A DNA stretch of 64,000 nt from Vicinamibacteria bacterium (lineage in GTDB: Bacteria; Acidobacteriota; Vicinamibacteria; Marinacidobacterales; Marinacidobacteraceae): contig OZ219816.1 of NCBI GenBank assembly GCA_964291235.2, positions 1,600,001-1,664,000 of the forward strand. Reading direction: 5' to 3'. The stretch's first letter is position 1; each line of letters begins with the position of its first letter. Of this stretch, positions 46,401 to 55,462 are shown in pieces. The notes under the pieces are model-generated. The model had not been told where the DNA came from, made no database searches, and was given only the letters and a program-made list of their open reading frames with translations. The position numbers and the translations under genes are program-made.

Positions 46401-47193
46401 CGTCCACCGCCGTCACCCTCACGGTCTGCGACTGATTCCAGTTGTTTCCCGTGAACGTCAGGGCGGATCGGTCAACCCGGACATCGGTACCCGAATGACC
46501 CGAGATCCTCACCCTCACGTTCCCGGTTGGCCGTTCGTCGAGCTCCACGGTATAGGTCTTCCCGGAAGTGTCGTCCTCGACCACGTCCAACGATTTGGTG
46601 GAAAGGGTGATGCCGGGGTTGTGAACCGTGCGAGTCGCACCTCCGTCACCCTCGTCGTCCACGACGCGGACGGTCACCCGGGCGATGCCGTGCAGGCGGG
46701 GCGGGCAATTGCTGCTCTCATCCCAAACCTCGTGGGTGAAGGTCACGAACTCGTCGTCGCTGTCATCGTCCTGAATGGCCGTGATGTTGATCCCGCGCCA
46801 CGGGGTCGGTTCCGCCGTGTCGCTGTTGTCGCTGGGAAATTCCCAGCCGGTGGACGGCGTCCAGCGAAGACCCACTTCTTCCTGCTGTTCTCGGTCGTTG
46901 CGCACTTGTCCGTTCGCGTGGACCCGAACCCACCATCCGACCTGACTGCTGGGATCGATCACGGGTTGCTGGCTGAGCCTCAGGTAGTAGGTAACGGCGT
47001 CTCCTTCGTTGATCTCGATCCGCACCGTACTGGTGGCGGGCGCATCCCCGTTCCGCGAGACCTCCACCGTCCCGCCCCAGTCGAAGATCGGGGAGTCCTC
47101 CTGGGCATGGGCCAGAGGGGCCAGCATCCCGAACGGCAGGATCCCTACTCCGAACGCGAGGGACTTCAACACCGTCCGGCGCTTACCTGTCAA
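43429..47193 (-). CDS. Calx-beta repeat adhesin with C-terminal autotransporter-like beta-barrel
   Basis: Repeated TATAGADY...SGTLTI...NDLLDE.DETF...GTIEDDD Calx-beta units; AWVSRFGRTVASQVVDAV helix then barrel (WTAWGRG, RQDAGDAESGQGLEV, AEIGYG); start uncertain (47172-47202). Confidence 0.85.
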   Translation of the reverse strand: MTGKRRTVLKSLAFGVGILPFGMLAPLAHAQEDSPIFDWGGTVEVSRNGDAPATSTVRIEINEGDAVTYYLRLSQQPVIDPSSQVGWWVRVHANGQVRNDREQQEEVGLRWTPSTGWEFPSDNSDTAEPTPWRGINITAIQDDDSDDEFVTFTHEVWDESSNCPPRLHGIARVTVRVVDDEGDGGATRTVHNPGITLSTKSLDVVEDDTSGKTYTVELDERPTGNVRVRISGHSGTDVRVDRSALTFTGNNWNQSQTVRVTAVDDDDSNQDPVVRLNHDASGGGYDGVSDFLEVTITDNDAPFIELSVSPGRVSEGVGSVGISVAVTAAWNGPTRTSNTDVDVRVVSGTAQEGTDFDPVSGFRLTIPTTQTSAQSSFTLVPVDDEVVERDESVEVAGTAGATMVTSVFLVIEDNDSSGGTGTGSGSVTGGGTGGGTGTQTRAAGSGGLEMQPRNARAPENTGNMVFTVDLSGTSTGPVSVRWTTADRTATAGADYTAASGTLTIPAGAASGEFEVPILNDLLDEHDETFLVRFDRPSGAGLASTEAVGTIEDDDGETQLFIEDVSAPEGDGRIGFLVFLASDSGRTVSVNYATRAVSAIADTDYRPTSGTLTIPPGSDGERIWVTVLDDALDEGHETVEMVLSRLRYAVAGDLLAVGTIEDDDAEPQPGVPDVTVAERSGGMEFVVTLDTISGKRVTWDYRTVDGTATAGEDFDGLTGTLTFEPGETRDTLPVAIVNDVLDEADEDFHLRLTNPREPGSPAVEATAVIVDDDDNAIVADAWVSRFGRTVASQVVDAVGDRFANPDGPGSHFVLGSGPMRSSLGFGGVERYRRWMPHGTEASPDRREATSLGFDAGRILSGSSFVVQSQEGPSGGGFGGRWTAWGRGSYTEFDGLDPGVGLSGEVSSVTAGFDVQSGRLTGGLALAGSVGTGDYHVGGTAVQSERMGKIWSILGSAHPYVHVSLAEWLRVWGLGGIGAGTLRISGGEQDADLHMRMWAFGGRGDLPLLSGSGIGLAVKSDIFWVELESDATHVRRASVAEAQRTRLLLEGSFQLASIGGGELSPLVEAGFRQDAGDAESGQGLEVASGLRYRNRDRGLSMEMTGRSLVSHEDERYREWGLGGSLRLDPGPDYLGLAVRLHSVHGAAASTVQHLWSDTSAVNHFPGMLQGRHEAEIGYGFETLRGGAMVIPFSGFVYSPSGTRSFRFGSRMRVGARWALSLQADRSRYAFHGPSYGLVLRGHLLPEVRAVAPDRDR
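45880..45948 (-). repeat. Gly/Thr/Ser low-complexity linker in the adhesin
   Basis: Imperfect GCCG/GCCGGT tandem array encoding SSGGTGTGSGSVTGGGTGGGTGT. Confidence 0.7.
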
Positions 47194-47370
47194 CCAGTCC
47201 AACGTCCCCCGCAGGGTTCCGGATCGCAGCCGATGGCGACCCGCAGCGCGGCGCCGACCTTGCCGAATTCCTCCTCCTTGAGACGACCTGCGGCTTCGCC
47301 CAGCCGGAAGCGCGAGACGGTCATCACCGCGTCCAGGTTCGCCGCCGCCTGATTTCGGACCGAGGTGCTG
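47190..47370 (-). pseudogene. Relic of a PemK/MazF-type toxin (C-terminal half)
   Basis: Minus-strand AANLDAVMTVSRFRLGEAAGRLKEEEFGKVGAALRVAIGCD, preceded in another frame by HLGPKSG; no N-terminal RP motif or start codon. Confidence 0.6.
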
Positions 47371-47529
47371 CGCCCAGGCGCCGGCTGGCAGGTGCGGCTT
47401 ACGCCCCAAGGGGTCGTAGTTCCGGGGCGGCGGGCCTTCGTTCAGCGCGGCGGGCCACCGAAGGCACGGTGGGGCCAAGGAGGTCTGCTGCGGACCGGCG
47501 GCTCCGCCGAGGGCGGCGGAAGCGGGTCG

Positions 47530-47579
47530 TTACAAGTGTCACATTACACACTTTACACCCGTGTGACGCTCGCGTGCAA
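47530..47579 (-). promoter_or_regulatory. Putative sigma70 promoter and repeated operator boxes upstream of the adhesin
   Basis: Minus strand TTGCAC-N18-TAAAGT; TTACA at 47530, 47544 and 47553; GTCAC...GTGAC inverted repeat; AT-rich patch in GC-rich DNA. Confidence 0.4.
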
Positions 47580-47705
47580 TGCCTTGCGGAAGCCGCCGCC
47601 GGACAAGCCGCGGCCCGAACCGCGCGGGGGATCACCCCCCGAAAGGACTCCCACCCGCGGATTGACGCCGGCCGGGTGGGTGGCTGCCCGGCCGGCGGAG
47701 CGGCG

Positions 47706-48203
47706 CTATCCGATCGCGGCCTGGAGGTGCATGTTGCCGAAGTGGATCGTGAGCACCGGCTTCCCGGCGAAGTCTCCGCTTCCGGCGGTGATGTCGATCA
47801 GCATGTGGTCGGCGGTCCCCATCTGGTCGGAATAGCGGGAATCCAGCTTCATGACCTTGCCCATGTCGGGCATCTCGCCCCGGGGGATCCGGCCCTCATG
47901 GAGCGCCATCGACCAGGAACCGTCGTCGCCCATGACAACCCCGATGGTGTATTCGCCGGCGGCGATCGTCATATCGCCCGCCATGACATCGGCTGAGATA
48001 TTCAGGCGCGGGCCCCGGGGGCTGACGAAAGTGCCCGCCGCGATGGCCTCGACGTGGTCCATGTTGGCGTCGGTGGAGTTGTAGGAGACGGAAACCTCCG
48101 TCTCACCGATGGTGGTGGACACCGTCTTGTTGAAATGGGGATGCGCGAACGCCAGCGCCGAAACGGCGAGGGCGGCAAGCGTCAAGGTGGCAATGCGGGT
48201 CAT
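47706..48203 (-). CDS. DUF2911-like secreted protein
   Basis: Signal peptide (ALAFA-HPH), EVSVSY, DVMAGDMTIAAGEYTI, LTIHFG. Confidence 0.65.
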   Translation of the reverse strand: MTRIATLTLAALAVSALAFAHPHFNKTVSTTIGETEVSVSYNSTDANMDHVEAIAAGTFVSPRGPRLNISADVMAGDMTIAAGEYTIGVVMGDDGSWSMALHEGRIPRGEMPDMGKVMKLDSRYSDQMGTADHMLIDITAGSGDFAGKPVLTIHFGNMHLQAAIG

Positions 48204-48265
48204 GAGTCTTTCTCCGATTGGAAGGAACAGGCCGTCCGCCGGCCGTGATTGCGTTCGCGGAAATC

Positions 48266-49489
48266 TTAGGCCACGCCGCTGAGGACGGCCGGAGAATGAT
48301 CCCGGCGCCACGCGCGCGCCACCTCGAGTACCCGGTCGATGTCGGTCTCGTCGTTGTGAATGAAACAGGAAAAGCGCAAGACCGCGCGGCGCACGGACAT
48401 CACCACGTCGGCGGCCTTCAGCCGGGCCCAGAGATCGGCAAGCGCCGGATCCTTCACCGTCCTTTCTCCCTGACGGCCAAGTTCCCCGACGGTCACGATG
48501 TGGGAAAGCCACGGGCCCGGCGCACCGCCGGTCAGCGGCAGATCCAGATCGGCGAGTCCGTTTGCGAGGCGCCGCGCCAACCCCAGGCTCCGTTCCTCGA
48601 TCGCCGCCGCCCCGAACGATTCCAACATCTCCAGGGCGCGGTCCGCGGCGACCGCGCCCAGGTAGTTGTAGTTGCCGAGATCGAAGCGGCGCGCTCCCGG
48701 CGCGTAGGGGATGTCGGCATCGGGAAGCGCCGTCTCGGAGGCATTGAAGAGCACCCCGTGACGGCCGAGCGCGGCGGGTTTGAGCGCCTCGGCGACGCCC
48801 CGGCGGCAGTAGAGGAAGCCGGTCCCGTAGAACGCGGAAAGCGACTTCTGGGTGGCTACCGCCAGGACATCAGCACCCATCCGGTCCACATCGGTGCGGA
48901 GCACGCCCACGGACTGCGCCGCGTCCACCACCAGATGGGCCCCGTGCAGATCCCGCGCCTCCTTCAGCGGAGCGAGATCGGCCACGTAGCCGGGTGAGTA
49001 GGACACCGCGGCGGCCGCGATCACCCGGGTACGAGGCCCCACCGCCTCCGCCATCCGCACCGACGGCAGCCGCCCGCCGTCCGCCGGCACCGCCTTCAGT
49101 CGGACACCTTGCCGGAGCGCCAGGTTGCGCCAGGGCAGCACGTTCGCCGGATGTTCGAGATCGGGGCAATAGACCACCTCGTCCCCACGGCGCCAATCGA
49201 TGGCCCCGAGGAAGAGGTTCATCCCATCGGTCACGTTCCGGGTCCAGGCCACCTCGTCCGGATGCGCTCCGATCCAGTGGGCGAAACGGGCACGCCCCCG
49301 CTCCACCGTATCGAAGAGCCCATCCTTGTCGGGTCCCCCCTCCATGGCGCCGTCCAGATACCAGTCGCAGACCTCGCGTACCGGGCGGGCGAGCAGGCTG
49401 CGCACCGCGACGTTCAGATAGGGGCGCCGGGGCGCACCCGGATAGAGGGCGCGCGCGGACCGGATGGATGCGGCTTCAGGATGCGGCAT
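48266..49489 (-). CDS. Class V PLP-dependent aminotransferase/lyase
   Basis: YLNVA, N.TDG, EHPAN, VDAAQSVG, ATQK (PLP Lys), GFLY, LRFS...HN. Confidence 0.88.
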   Translation of the reverse strand: MPHPEAASIRSARALYPGAPRRPYLNVAVRSLLARPVREVCDWYLDGAMEGGPDKDGLFDTVERGRARFAHWIGAHPDEVAWTRNVTDGMNLFLGAIDWRRGDEVVYCPDLEHPANVLPWRNLALRQGVRLKAVPADGGRLPSVRMAEAVGPRTRVIAAAAVSYSPGYVADLAPLKEARDLHGAHLVVDAAQSVGVLRTDVDRMGADVLAVATQKSLSAFYGTGFLYCRRGVAEALKPAALGRHGVLFNASETALPDADIPYAPGARRFDLGNYNYLGAVAADRALEMLESFGAAAIEERSLGLARRLANGLADLDLPLTGGAPGPWLSHIVTVGELGRQGERTVKDPALADLWARLKAADVVMSVRRAVLRFSCFIHNDETDIDRVLEVARAWRRDHSPAVLSGVA

Positions 49490-50693
49490 CGGCGGATTCC
49501 TCCTTCTCCCTTCGGGCCACGACCATCGTCCCCACGAGGTCACCCATGATGTTGGCGGTCGTCGTGGGCATATCCACCAACCGATAGACACCCGCCACCA
49601 GGACGCCGATCTCCACCGGCAGGCCAAAGGCGCGAAGCAGCAGGAACTGGTTGACGAGCCCGCCGTTCGGAACGCCCGGGGCGGCAGCCGAGAACAGGGA
49701 ACCCAAGGCGATCACCATCAGCAGTTGCCCCACCCCGAACGACACTCCCTGGGCCTGGGCGGTGAACAGGACGATTCCCGCGAGCAGTACGGCGCTCCCG
49801 TCCTTGTTGAACTGGGCGCCGAGCGGCAGGGTGAGGGCATAGGTCGGACGTGGCAATCCCATCTTTTCGGCGGCGTTCAGCGAGGCGCCGAGGCTCGCGA
49901 GACTGCTGCAGGTGGAGGCGGTGGTCGTCCACACGGTCGCCGTCCGCCGGACGAACGACAGCGGGGAGGTCGCCGCCAGAAAGCGGACAGCAACGAAATA
50001 CAGGACGAAGATCGCAAGATCCGCGATCCAGACCGCCGCAATATATACACCCAACGGACCAAAAATAGAACTCCCGTATTCGCCCACGCTCGCCGCGGCC
50101 AGCGCCGCCACCCCAACGGGTCCGAACCAGAGAACCCCCGCCACCAATTGGCGGAGGAGTGCGGTTCCCGAAGCGAAGAAGCGCGCGATGTCGGCGCGCC
50201 GTTCCCCGTCGAGGCCCCAGGCCGCGAAGCCCACCATCAGGCCGAGCACCACCACGGCCGTAACCCGGCCGTCCACGAAAACCCCGAGGGCGTTGTCGGG
50301 CACCAGCGTGAAGAGAAAATCCTGGAACCCGGGAGTCGCGGCGGATCCTTCACCGCCGCCCCCGGCCGCCTGGGCGAGACCGGCTCCGGGTCGCATGAGC
50401 CCCATCACGGCAAGCGCAACCAACTGAGCCGCCACCGTGGTGATCAGGAAAAAGGCGCCGATCCGGAGCAGGACGCGGCTCACCCCTCCCGAGGCTCCCG
50501 ATGAGGCCAGCGCCGAGATGAGGTTGAAGAAAACCAGCGGGACGGCGACGAGTGTCAGCAGGCGGATGAAGATGTCACCGAGAAACGCCAGACGGGTGGC
50601 GCTCTCCCCGAAGATCACTCCCAAGGCGACGCCAAGCCCCATGCCGATCAGCATCAGGTTCCCGAGCGAGGGAAGACGGCGGGCGTTGGTCAC
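49476..50693 (-). CDS. Dicarboxylate/amino acid:cation symporter (DAACS, GltP family)
   Basis: GDIFIRLL..VAVPLVF, TCSSLASL, LPLGAQFNKDG, PGVPNGG, DMPTTTANIMGD; start approximate. Confidence 0.92.
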   Translation of the reverse strand: MTNARRLPSLGNLMLIGMGLGVALGVIFGESATRLAFLGDIFIRLLTLVAVPLVFFNLISALASSGASGGVSRVLLRIGAFFLITTVAAQLVALAVMGLMRPGAGLAQAAGGGGEGSAATPGFQDFLFTLVPDNALGVFVDGRVTAVVVLGLMVGFAAWGLDGERRADIARFFASGTALLRQLVAGVLWFGPVGVAALAAASVGEYGSSIFGPLGVYIAAVWIADLAIFVLYFVAVRFLAATSPLSFVRRTATVWTTTASTCSSLASLGASLNAAEKMGLPRPTYALTLPLGAQFNKDGSAVLLAGIVLFTAQAQGVSFGVGQLLMVIALGSLFSAAAPGVPNGGLVNQFLLLRAFGLPVEIGVLVAGVYRLVDMPTTTANIMGDLVGTMVVARREKEESADAAS

Positions 50694-50800
50694 CAGGCTG
50701 CACCGCACGGTATCAGTGGAAACGGCGGATTCCGCAGGGAATCTCGCAGCCCTCCCGTATGATCGTTTCCACGAAAGCCACCATCCCAAGGAGTCCGTCC

Positions 50801-53218
50801 ATGAGTCTTCGCGCCCTTCGCATTTTCCTGCTGCTGGCCGCCGGCTGCCTGTGCGCCGCCGTCGCGCCGGCCCAGGACGAAACCCGCGAGGCTTCCGGGC
50901 TCCAGGCGCCCGTCGAGGTTCTCACCGACCGGTGGGGGCTCGACCACATCTACGCCGACAGCGAAGAGGACCTGTTTTTCGTCCAGGGTTACCGCGCCGC
51001 CGAAAACCGTCTGTTCCAGTTCGAGATGTGGAGGCGTCAGGCCACCGGGACGGTGGCGGAGATCCTTGGCCCCTCCGAACTCCAACGCGACATCGGCACC
51101 CGCCTCCACATGTTCCGGAAGGACATGGGCGAGGAGATGCGCTGGTACCACCCGCGCGGCGACACGATCATTCCGGCCTTCGTCCGCGGCATCAACGCCG
51201 CGGTGGAGCGTGCCCGCCAGAATCCGGACTCCCTGCCGCTCGAGTTTCGCCTGCTCGGAATCCTGCCCGAACCCTGGACCGAAGAAGTGGTGATCTCGCG
51301 CCACCAGGGACTTCTCTCCAACGTAACCCAGGAGTTGAACTACGGGATGGCGGTCGCGGCTATCGGCGCCGAGGCGCTCATGGACATCGACTGGTTCCGC
51401 CCCGGCGTGCCCCAGCTCGAACTCGATCCGGCGATTGACGAATCGCTCCTGAAGCCCGAGATCCTCGACATCTACCGCGCTTTCCGGGGCCCGGTCATCT
51501 TCAAGCCGGAGCAGATCGCCGCCGAGTACCGCAACCGGGACGCCGAGCGGCTCGCACTCCTTCAGGAAATCCCTTCCGAACTGCACCTGGTGGACCTTGG
51601 CGAACAGATCGGATCGAACAACTGGGTGGCGCACGGGGAGCGCACCTGGACCGGGCTGCCCCTCATCGTGAACGACCCGCACCGCACCATCGTCGCCCCA
51701 TCGCTGCGCTACTTCGTGCATCTGAAGGCGCCGGGCTGGGACGTCATCGGCGGCGGTGAGCCGGTCCTTCCGGGCCTTTCCATCGGGCATAACGAGAGAG
51801 GCGGCTGGGGTCTCACCGTTTTCGGGCAGGACAACGAGGACCTCATGGTGTACGACACGAATCCGGACAACCCGAATCAGTACCGCTACCTCGGCGGATG
51901 GGAGGCGATGACCGTCCGCACCGAAACCATCGCGGTCAAGGGAGCGGCCGACCACGAGGCGACTCTCAAGTACACCCGCCACGGCCCGGTGGTGTATGAG
52001 GACACCGAGAACGACAAGGCTTATGCCCTGCGCGCCGCCTGGCTCGAAATCGGGAACTCCCCCTACCTCGCCAGCTTGCGGATGGACCAGGCCCTGACCT
52101 GGGAGGAATTCGTCGAGGCCTGCAACTACAGCGGGATTCCCGCGGAGAACATGATCTGGGGCGATGTGGACGGGAACATCGGCTATCAGGCGGTGGGGGT
52201 CTCCCCGATCCGGAACGCCAACTGGAGCGGCCTCGTCCCGGTGCCCGGGGACGGCCGCTACGAGTGGCAGGGATACCTGCCGATCAAGGCCCTGCCCTCG
52301 GTCAAGAACCCGGAGAAGGGCTTTTGGGGCACCGCGAACAACCTGATGGCGCCCGCGGTGGCCTCCCACTATCCCCATCCCGAAGCGCTCCATTTCACCT
52401 GGGGCGACGAGATGCGGGGCCTGCGGGTGGACGAGCTGATGCGAAACGGCCAGCGGCACACCGTTCAGGACATGATGGCTTACCAGCACGACGAGTTGAG
52501 CGTGGTCGCCCGGAACCTGGTGCCGCTGCTCATGCTGGCCGAACCGCCCGACAGCGCCGCGAAGGCCGCCCTCGCCGACTGGGATTTCGTGATGGACAAG
52601 CAGTCGGTGGCGGCGACCATCTATCTGCACTTCGAACGGCGGGTCTCCGAGGCGATGCGCGAACTCCTGATCCCCGAAGCCGCCCGAGGCCTGGTCCGGG
52701 GGGTGAACAAGAAACGGATGTTCGACCATCTGATGGCGCCCGACGGCCGTTTCGGAGACGACCCGATCGGCGCCCGCGACGAGCTCCTGGTGAAGGCCTT
52801 CGCCGACGGGGTCCAGGACGTCACCGAACGGCTCGGCGCCGACATGGCGAACTGGCACTACGGGCAGACCGCCATGAAGCACGTTCACATCACGAACTAC
52901 ATGGCCCAGGCGGTGAACGAAGAGACCCGGCAACTGCTGGAGGTCGGGCCCTACCCGCGGGGCGGCTACGAATCCACGGTCAACAACACCGGCGGCGGCG
53001 ACAACCAGCGCTCCGGCGGCAGCTTCCGCGTGATTCTGGACCCATCGAACTGGGACAACTCGATCGCGACCAGCGCTCCGGGCCAATCGGGCGATCCGAT
53101 GAGCCCGCACTACCGCGATCTCTTCGAGCTCTGGGTGCGCCACCAGTACTTCCCGCTGGCCTACACCCGGGCGAGGGTGGAGTCGGTCACGGAACACCGC
53201 CTGGTGCTGAATCCGTAG
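50801..53218 (+). CDS. Penicillin acylase family (S45) Ntn-hydrolase
   Basis: Signal peptide, DRWGLDHIYA, RLFQFEMWRR, GSNNW, NDPHR, TRHGPV, PGQSGDP.SPHY; AAGGAG RBS. Confidence 0.95.
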   Translation: MSLRALRIFLLLAAGCLCAAVAPAQDETREASGLQAPVEVLTDRWGLDHIYADSEEDLFFVQGYRAAENRLFQFEMWRRQATGTVAEILGPSELQRDIGTRLHMFRKDMGEEMRWYHPRGDTIIPAFVRGINAAVERARQNPDSLPLEFRLLGILPEPWTEEVVISRHQGLLSNVTQELNYGMAVAAIGAEALMDIDWFRPGVPQLELDPAIDESLLKPEILDIYRAFRGPVIFKPEQIAAEYRNRDAERLALLQEIPSELHLVDLGEQIGSNNWVAHGERTWTGLPLIVNDPHRTIVAPSLRYFVHLKAPGWDVIGGGEPVLPGLSIGHNERGGWGLTVFGQDNEDLMVYDTNPDNPNQYRYLGGWEAMTVRTETIAVKGAADHEATLKYTRHGPVVYEDTENDKAYALRAAWLEIGNSPYLASLRMDQALTWEEFVEACNYSGIPAENMIWGDVDGNIGYQAVGVSPIRNANWSGLVPVPGDGRYEWQGYLPIKALPSVKNPEKGFWGTANNLMAPAVASHYPHPEALHFTWGDEMRGLRVDELMRNGQRHTVQDMMAYQHDELSVVARNLVPLLMLAEPPDSAAKAALADWDFVMDKQSVAATIYLHFERRVSEAMRELLIPEAARGLVRGVNKKRMFDHLMAPDGRFGDDPIGARDELLVKAFADGVQDVTERLGADMANWHYGQTAMKHVHITNYMAQAVNEETRQLLEVGPYPRGGYESTVNNTGGGDNQRSGGSFRVILDPSNWDNSIATSAPGQSGDPMSPHYRDLFELWVRHQYFPLAYTRARVESVTEHRLVLNP

Positions 53219-53328
53219 TCTCGGAAGCCTGTTGGCACTCCGGGCGGGGCGACGATGAGGCGATCAGGCCGGAGAATTTCGGCGTGCCATGCACGGCGAT
53301 GCCGGCCTGGAGGTCGGCGCTCCTTCGC

Positions 53329-55422
53329 ATGACGAACAGCGGCGACGCATCTCCCGGGCCGCCGCGCGCCGCCCGGCGCCCCGTCGCCTACGAGAAGTTC
53401 GGGCGGCGCTGGACGGATCCCTGGGCCTGGATCCGGGACCGCGACAACCCCGAGGTTCTCCGCCACCTCGAGGCCGAGAACGCGTGGACCGAGCGGTGTC
53501 TCGCACCCTGGTCCGGAATCCGGGACGCCGTGCTCGGCGAAATGAAGTCCCGCATCGTCCCGGACACCGCCTCTCCCCCGGTGCGGCACGGGCCGTACCT
53601 CTACTTCTCGCGGTACCGAAGGGGCGAGGAGTACCCGGTGTTCTGCCGCCGTTCGGCCCCGGCGGCGGGTCGTCCGGCGGGGAAGGAGCATCTCCTCCTC
53701 GACTCGAATGCGCTTGCCCGCGAGGCGCACGGGGAGGCGGCGGATGGCTATTTCTCGATCGGCGCCCTCGAAATCTGCCCGGAGCACCGGATCCTCGCCT
53801 TCGCGACGGACACCGTGGGGCGCCGCATTCACGAGTTCCGTTTCCTCGACACCCGGACGGGGAAGGTGCTGGAAGACCGGGTCCCGGGAGCCGCGCCGAA
53901 CCTCGTCTGGACGCGGGCCGGAGACGCGGTGGTGTACACCCGTCTCGATCCGGAGACGCTCCGCTGGAACCGCGTGATGCTCCACCGGCTCGGGGAGGCG
54001 CCCGGACGGGACCGGCTCCTCTACGAGGAGACCGACGATTCCTTCTGGGTAGCAGCCCACGAGAGCCGCTCGCGGGAGTTCGTGCTGCTCCACAGCGAGC
54101 AGACCGACCATGCGGAAGCCTGGGCCATCTCGAGTCGCGAGCCGGAAGCCGCGCCGCGCCGACTTCTTCCGAGAGGACGGCCGCACGAATTCGAAATGGA
54201 TCATTTCCGGGGCCGTTTCGTAATCCGCACAAACCGGGGCGCGCCCGACTTCCGTTTGGTGACCGCCCCGGAGGAATCTCCCGCGACCGAGTCGGCCTGG
54301 GAAGATCTCGTCCCCGCGCGGGAAGGCGTCCAGCTCGAGGGTTTCGAACTCTTCGATACCCATCTGGCCCTGTTTGAACGCGAGCAGGGTCGCCAGGAGC
54401 TTCGCCTGATGGATTGGGAGACCGGCGCGACCCGGCAGGTGCCGCTGCCGGGACCGGCCCGGGCGCTCGACGAGGAAACCAACCCGGAAACCGGCGCCGG
54501 GGAAGTTCGGGTGGTGGTGAGCACGCCGAAGACTCCGCCCACCACCCTCGCCGTCTCGCTGGCGACCGGCCGCCGACGGACCCTCAAGCGAGAGAGAGTG
54601 CCCGGCTTTCGTTCCGCCGACTACCGGGTGCGCCGTCTCTCGGCCCGGGCGCGCGACGGCGTGCGGATCCCGATCTCGCTGGTCCATCACCGCGACCATC
54701 CGCCGGGAAACGCATCGCCCCTGCTGCTCTACGGATACGGCGCCTACGGGATCTCGATGGATCCCGTGTTCTCCCGGGCCCGACCGAGCCTCCTCGACCG
54801 CGGCTTTTGCTTTGCCATCGCACACATCCGGGGCGGCCAGGAACTGGGGCGCGCCTGGTACGAGGCCGGCAGGCAGGACAACAAGACGAACACGTTTCAC
54901 GATTTCGCGGACTGCGCCCGCCACCTGCGGGCGCGCGGGATGTGCGACCCGGGTCGGATCTACGCCATGGGCGGCAGCGCCGGAGGCCTCCTGATGGGCG
55001 CGGTCCTCAACGACGAACCGGCGCTCTTCGCCGGGATCGTGGCGATGGTCCCCTTCGTGGATGTCCTGAACACGATGCTCGACGCCGACATCCCGCTCAC
55101 CACCGCCGAGTACGACGAGTGGGGCGATCCCAATCAAGAGGAGTTCTTCCAACTCCTCGCGAAATACGCGCCGTACGAGAACGTCCCGAAGGCCGCCCTG
55201 CCCCACGTCCTCGTGACCAGCGGCCTCCACGATTCCCAGGTCCAGTTCTGGGAGCCCACCAAGTGGGTGCAGCGTCTGCGGGAGCGGAACACCGATCCGG
55301 CAGCGCAGATCCTGCTCCGTACCAACCTGGACGCCGGCCACGGAGGCCGGTCGGGCCGTTACCGCGGTCTCGACGAGATCGCCGAGATCTACGCGTTCCT
55401 GATCGGGTTGAGCGGAGCGTGA
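53329..55422 (+). CDS. ptrB: Oligopeptidase B (S9A)
   Basis: DP..W...HLEAEN, LYGYGAYG, HIRGG, GGSAGGLL, VPFVD, EYDEWG, HDSQVQFWEP.KWV, AGHGG. Confidence 0.93.
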   Translation: MTNSGDASPGPPRAARRPVAYEKFGRRWTDPWAWIRDRDNPEVLRHLEAENAWTERCLAPWSGIRDAVLGEMKSRIVPDTASPPVRHGPYLYFSRYRRGEEYPVFCRRSAPAAGRPAGKEHLLLDSNALAREAHGEAADGYFSIGALEICPEHRILAFATDTVGRRIHEFRFLDTRTGKVLEDRVPGAAPNLVWTRAGDAVVYTRLDPETLRWNRVMLHRLGEAPGRDRLLYEETDDSFWVAAHESRSREFVLLHSEQTDHAEAWAISSREPEAAPRRLLPRGRPHEFEMDHFRGRFVIRTNRGAPDFRLVTAPEESPATESAWEDLVPAREGVQLEGFELFDTHLALFEREQGRQELRLMDWETGATRQVPLPGPARALDEETNPETGAGEVRVVVSTPKTPPTTLAVSLATGRRRTLKRERVPGFRSADYRVRRLSARARDGVRIPISLVHHRDHPPGNASPLLLYGYGAYGISMDPVFSRARPSLLDRGFCFAIAHIRGGQELGRAWYEAGRQDNKTNTFHDFADCARHLRARGMCDPGRIYAMGGSAGGLLMGAVLNDEPALFAGIVAMVPFVDVLNTMLDADIPLTTAEYDEWGDPNQEEFFQLLAKYAPYENVPKAALPHVLVTSGLHDSQVQFWEPTKWVQRLRERNTDPAAQILLRTNLDAGHGGRSGRYRGLDEIAEIYAFLIGLSGA

Positions 55423-55462
55423 ACGGCGCTTCCGGACACGAATTGCGCGGCCTGCGAATGGA

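Noticed and set aside
53222-53240. GGAAGCCTGTTGGCAC, resembling an IS terminus
   Set aside because: No matching second end or transposase.
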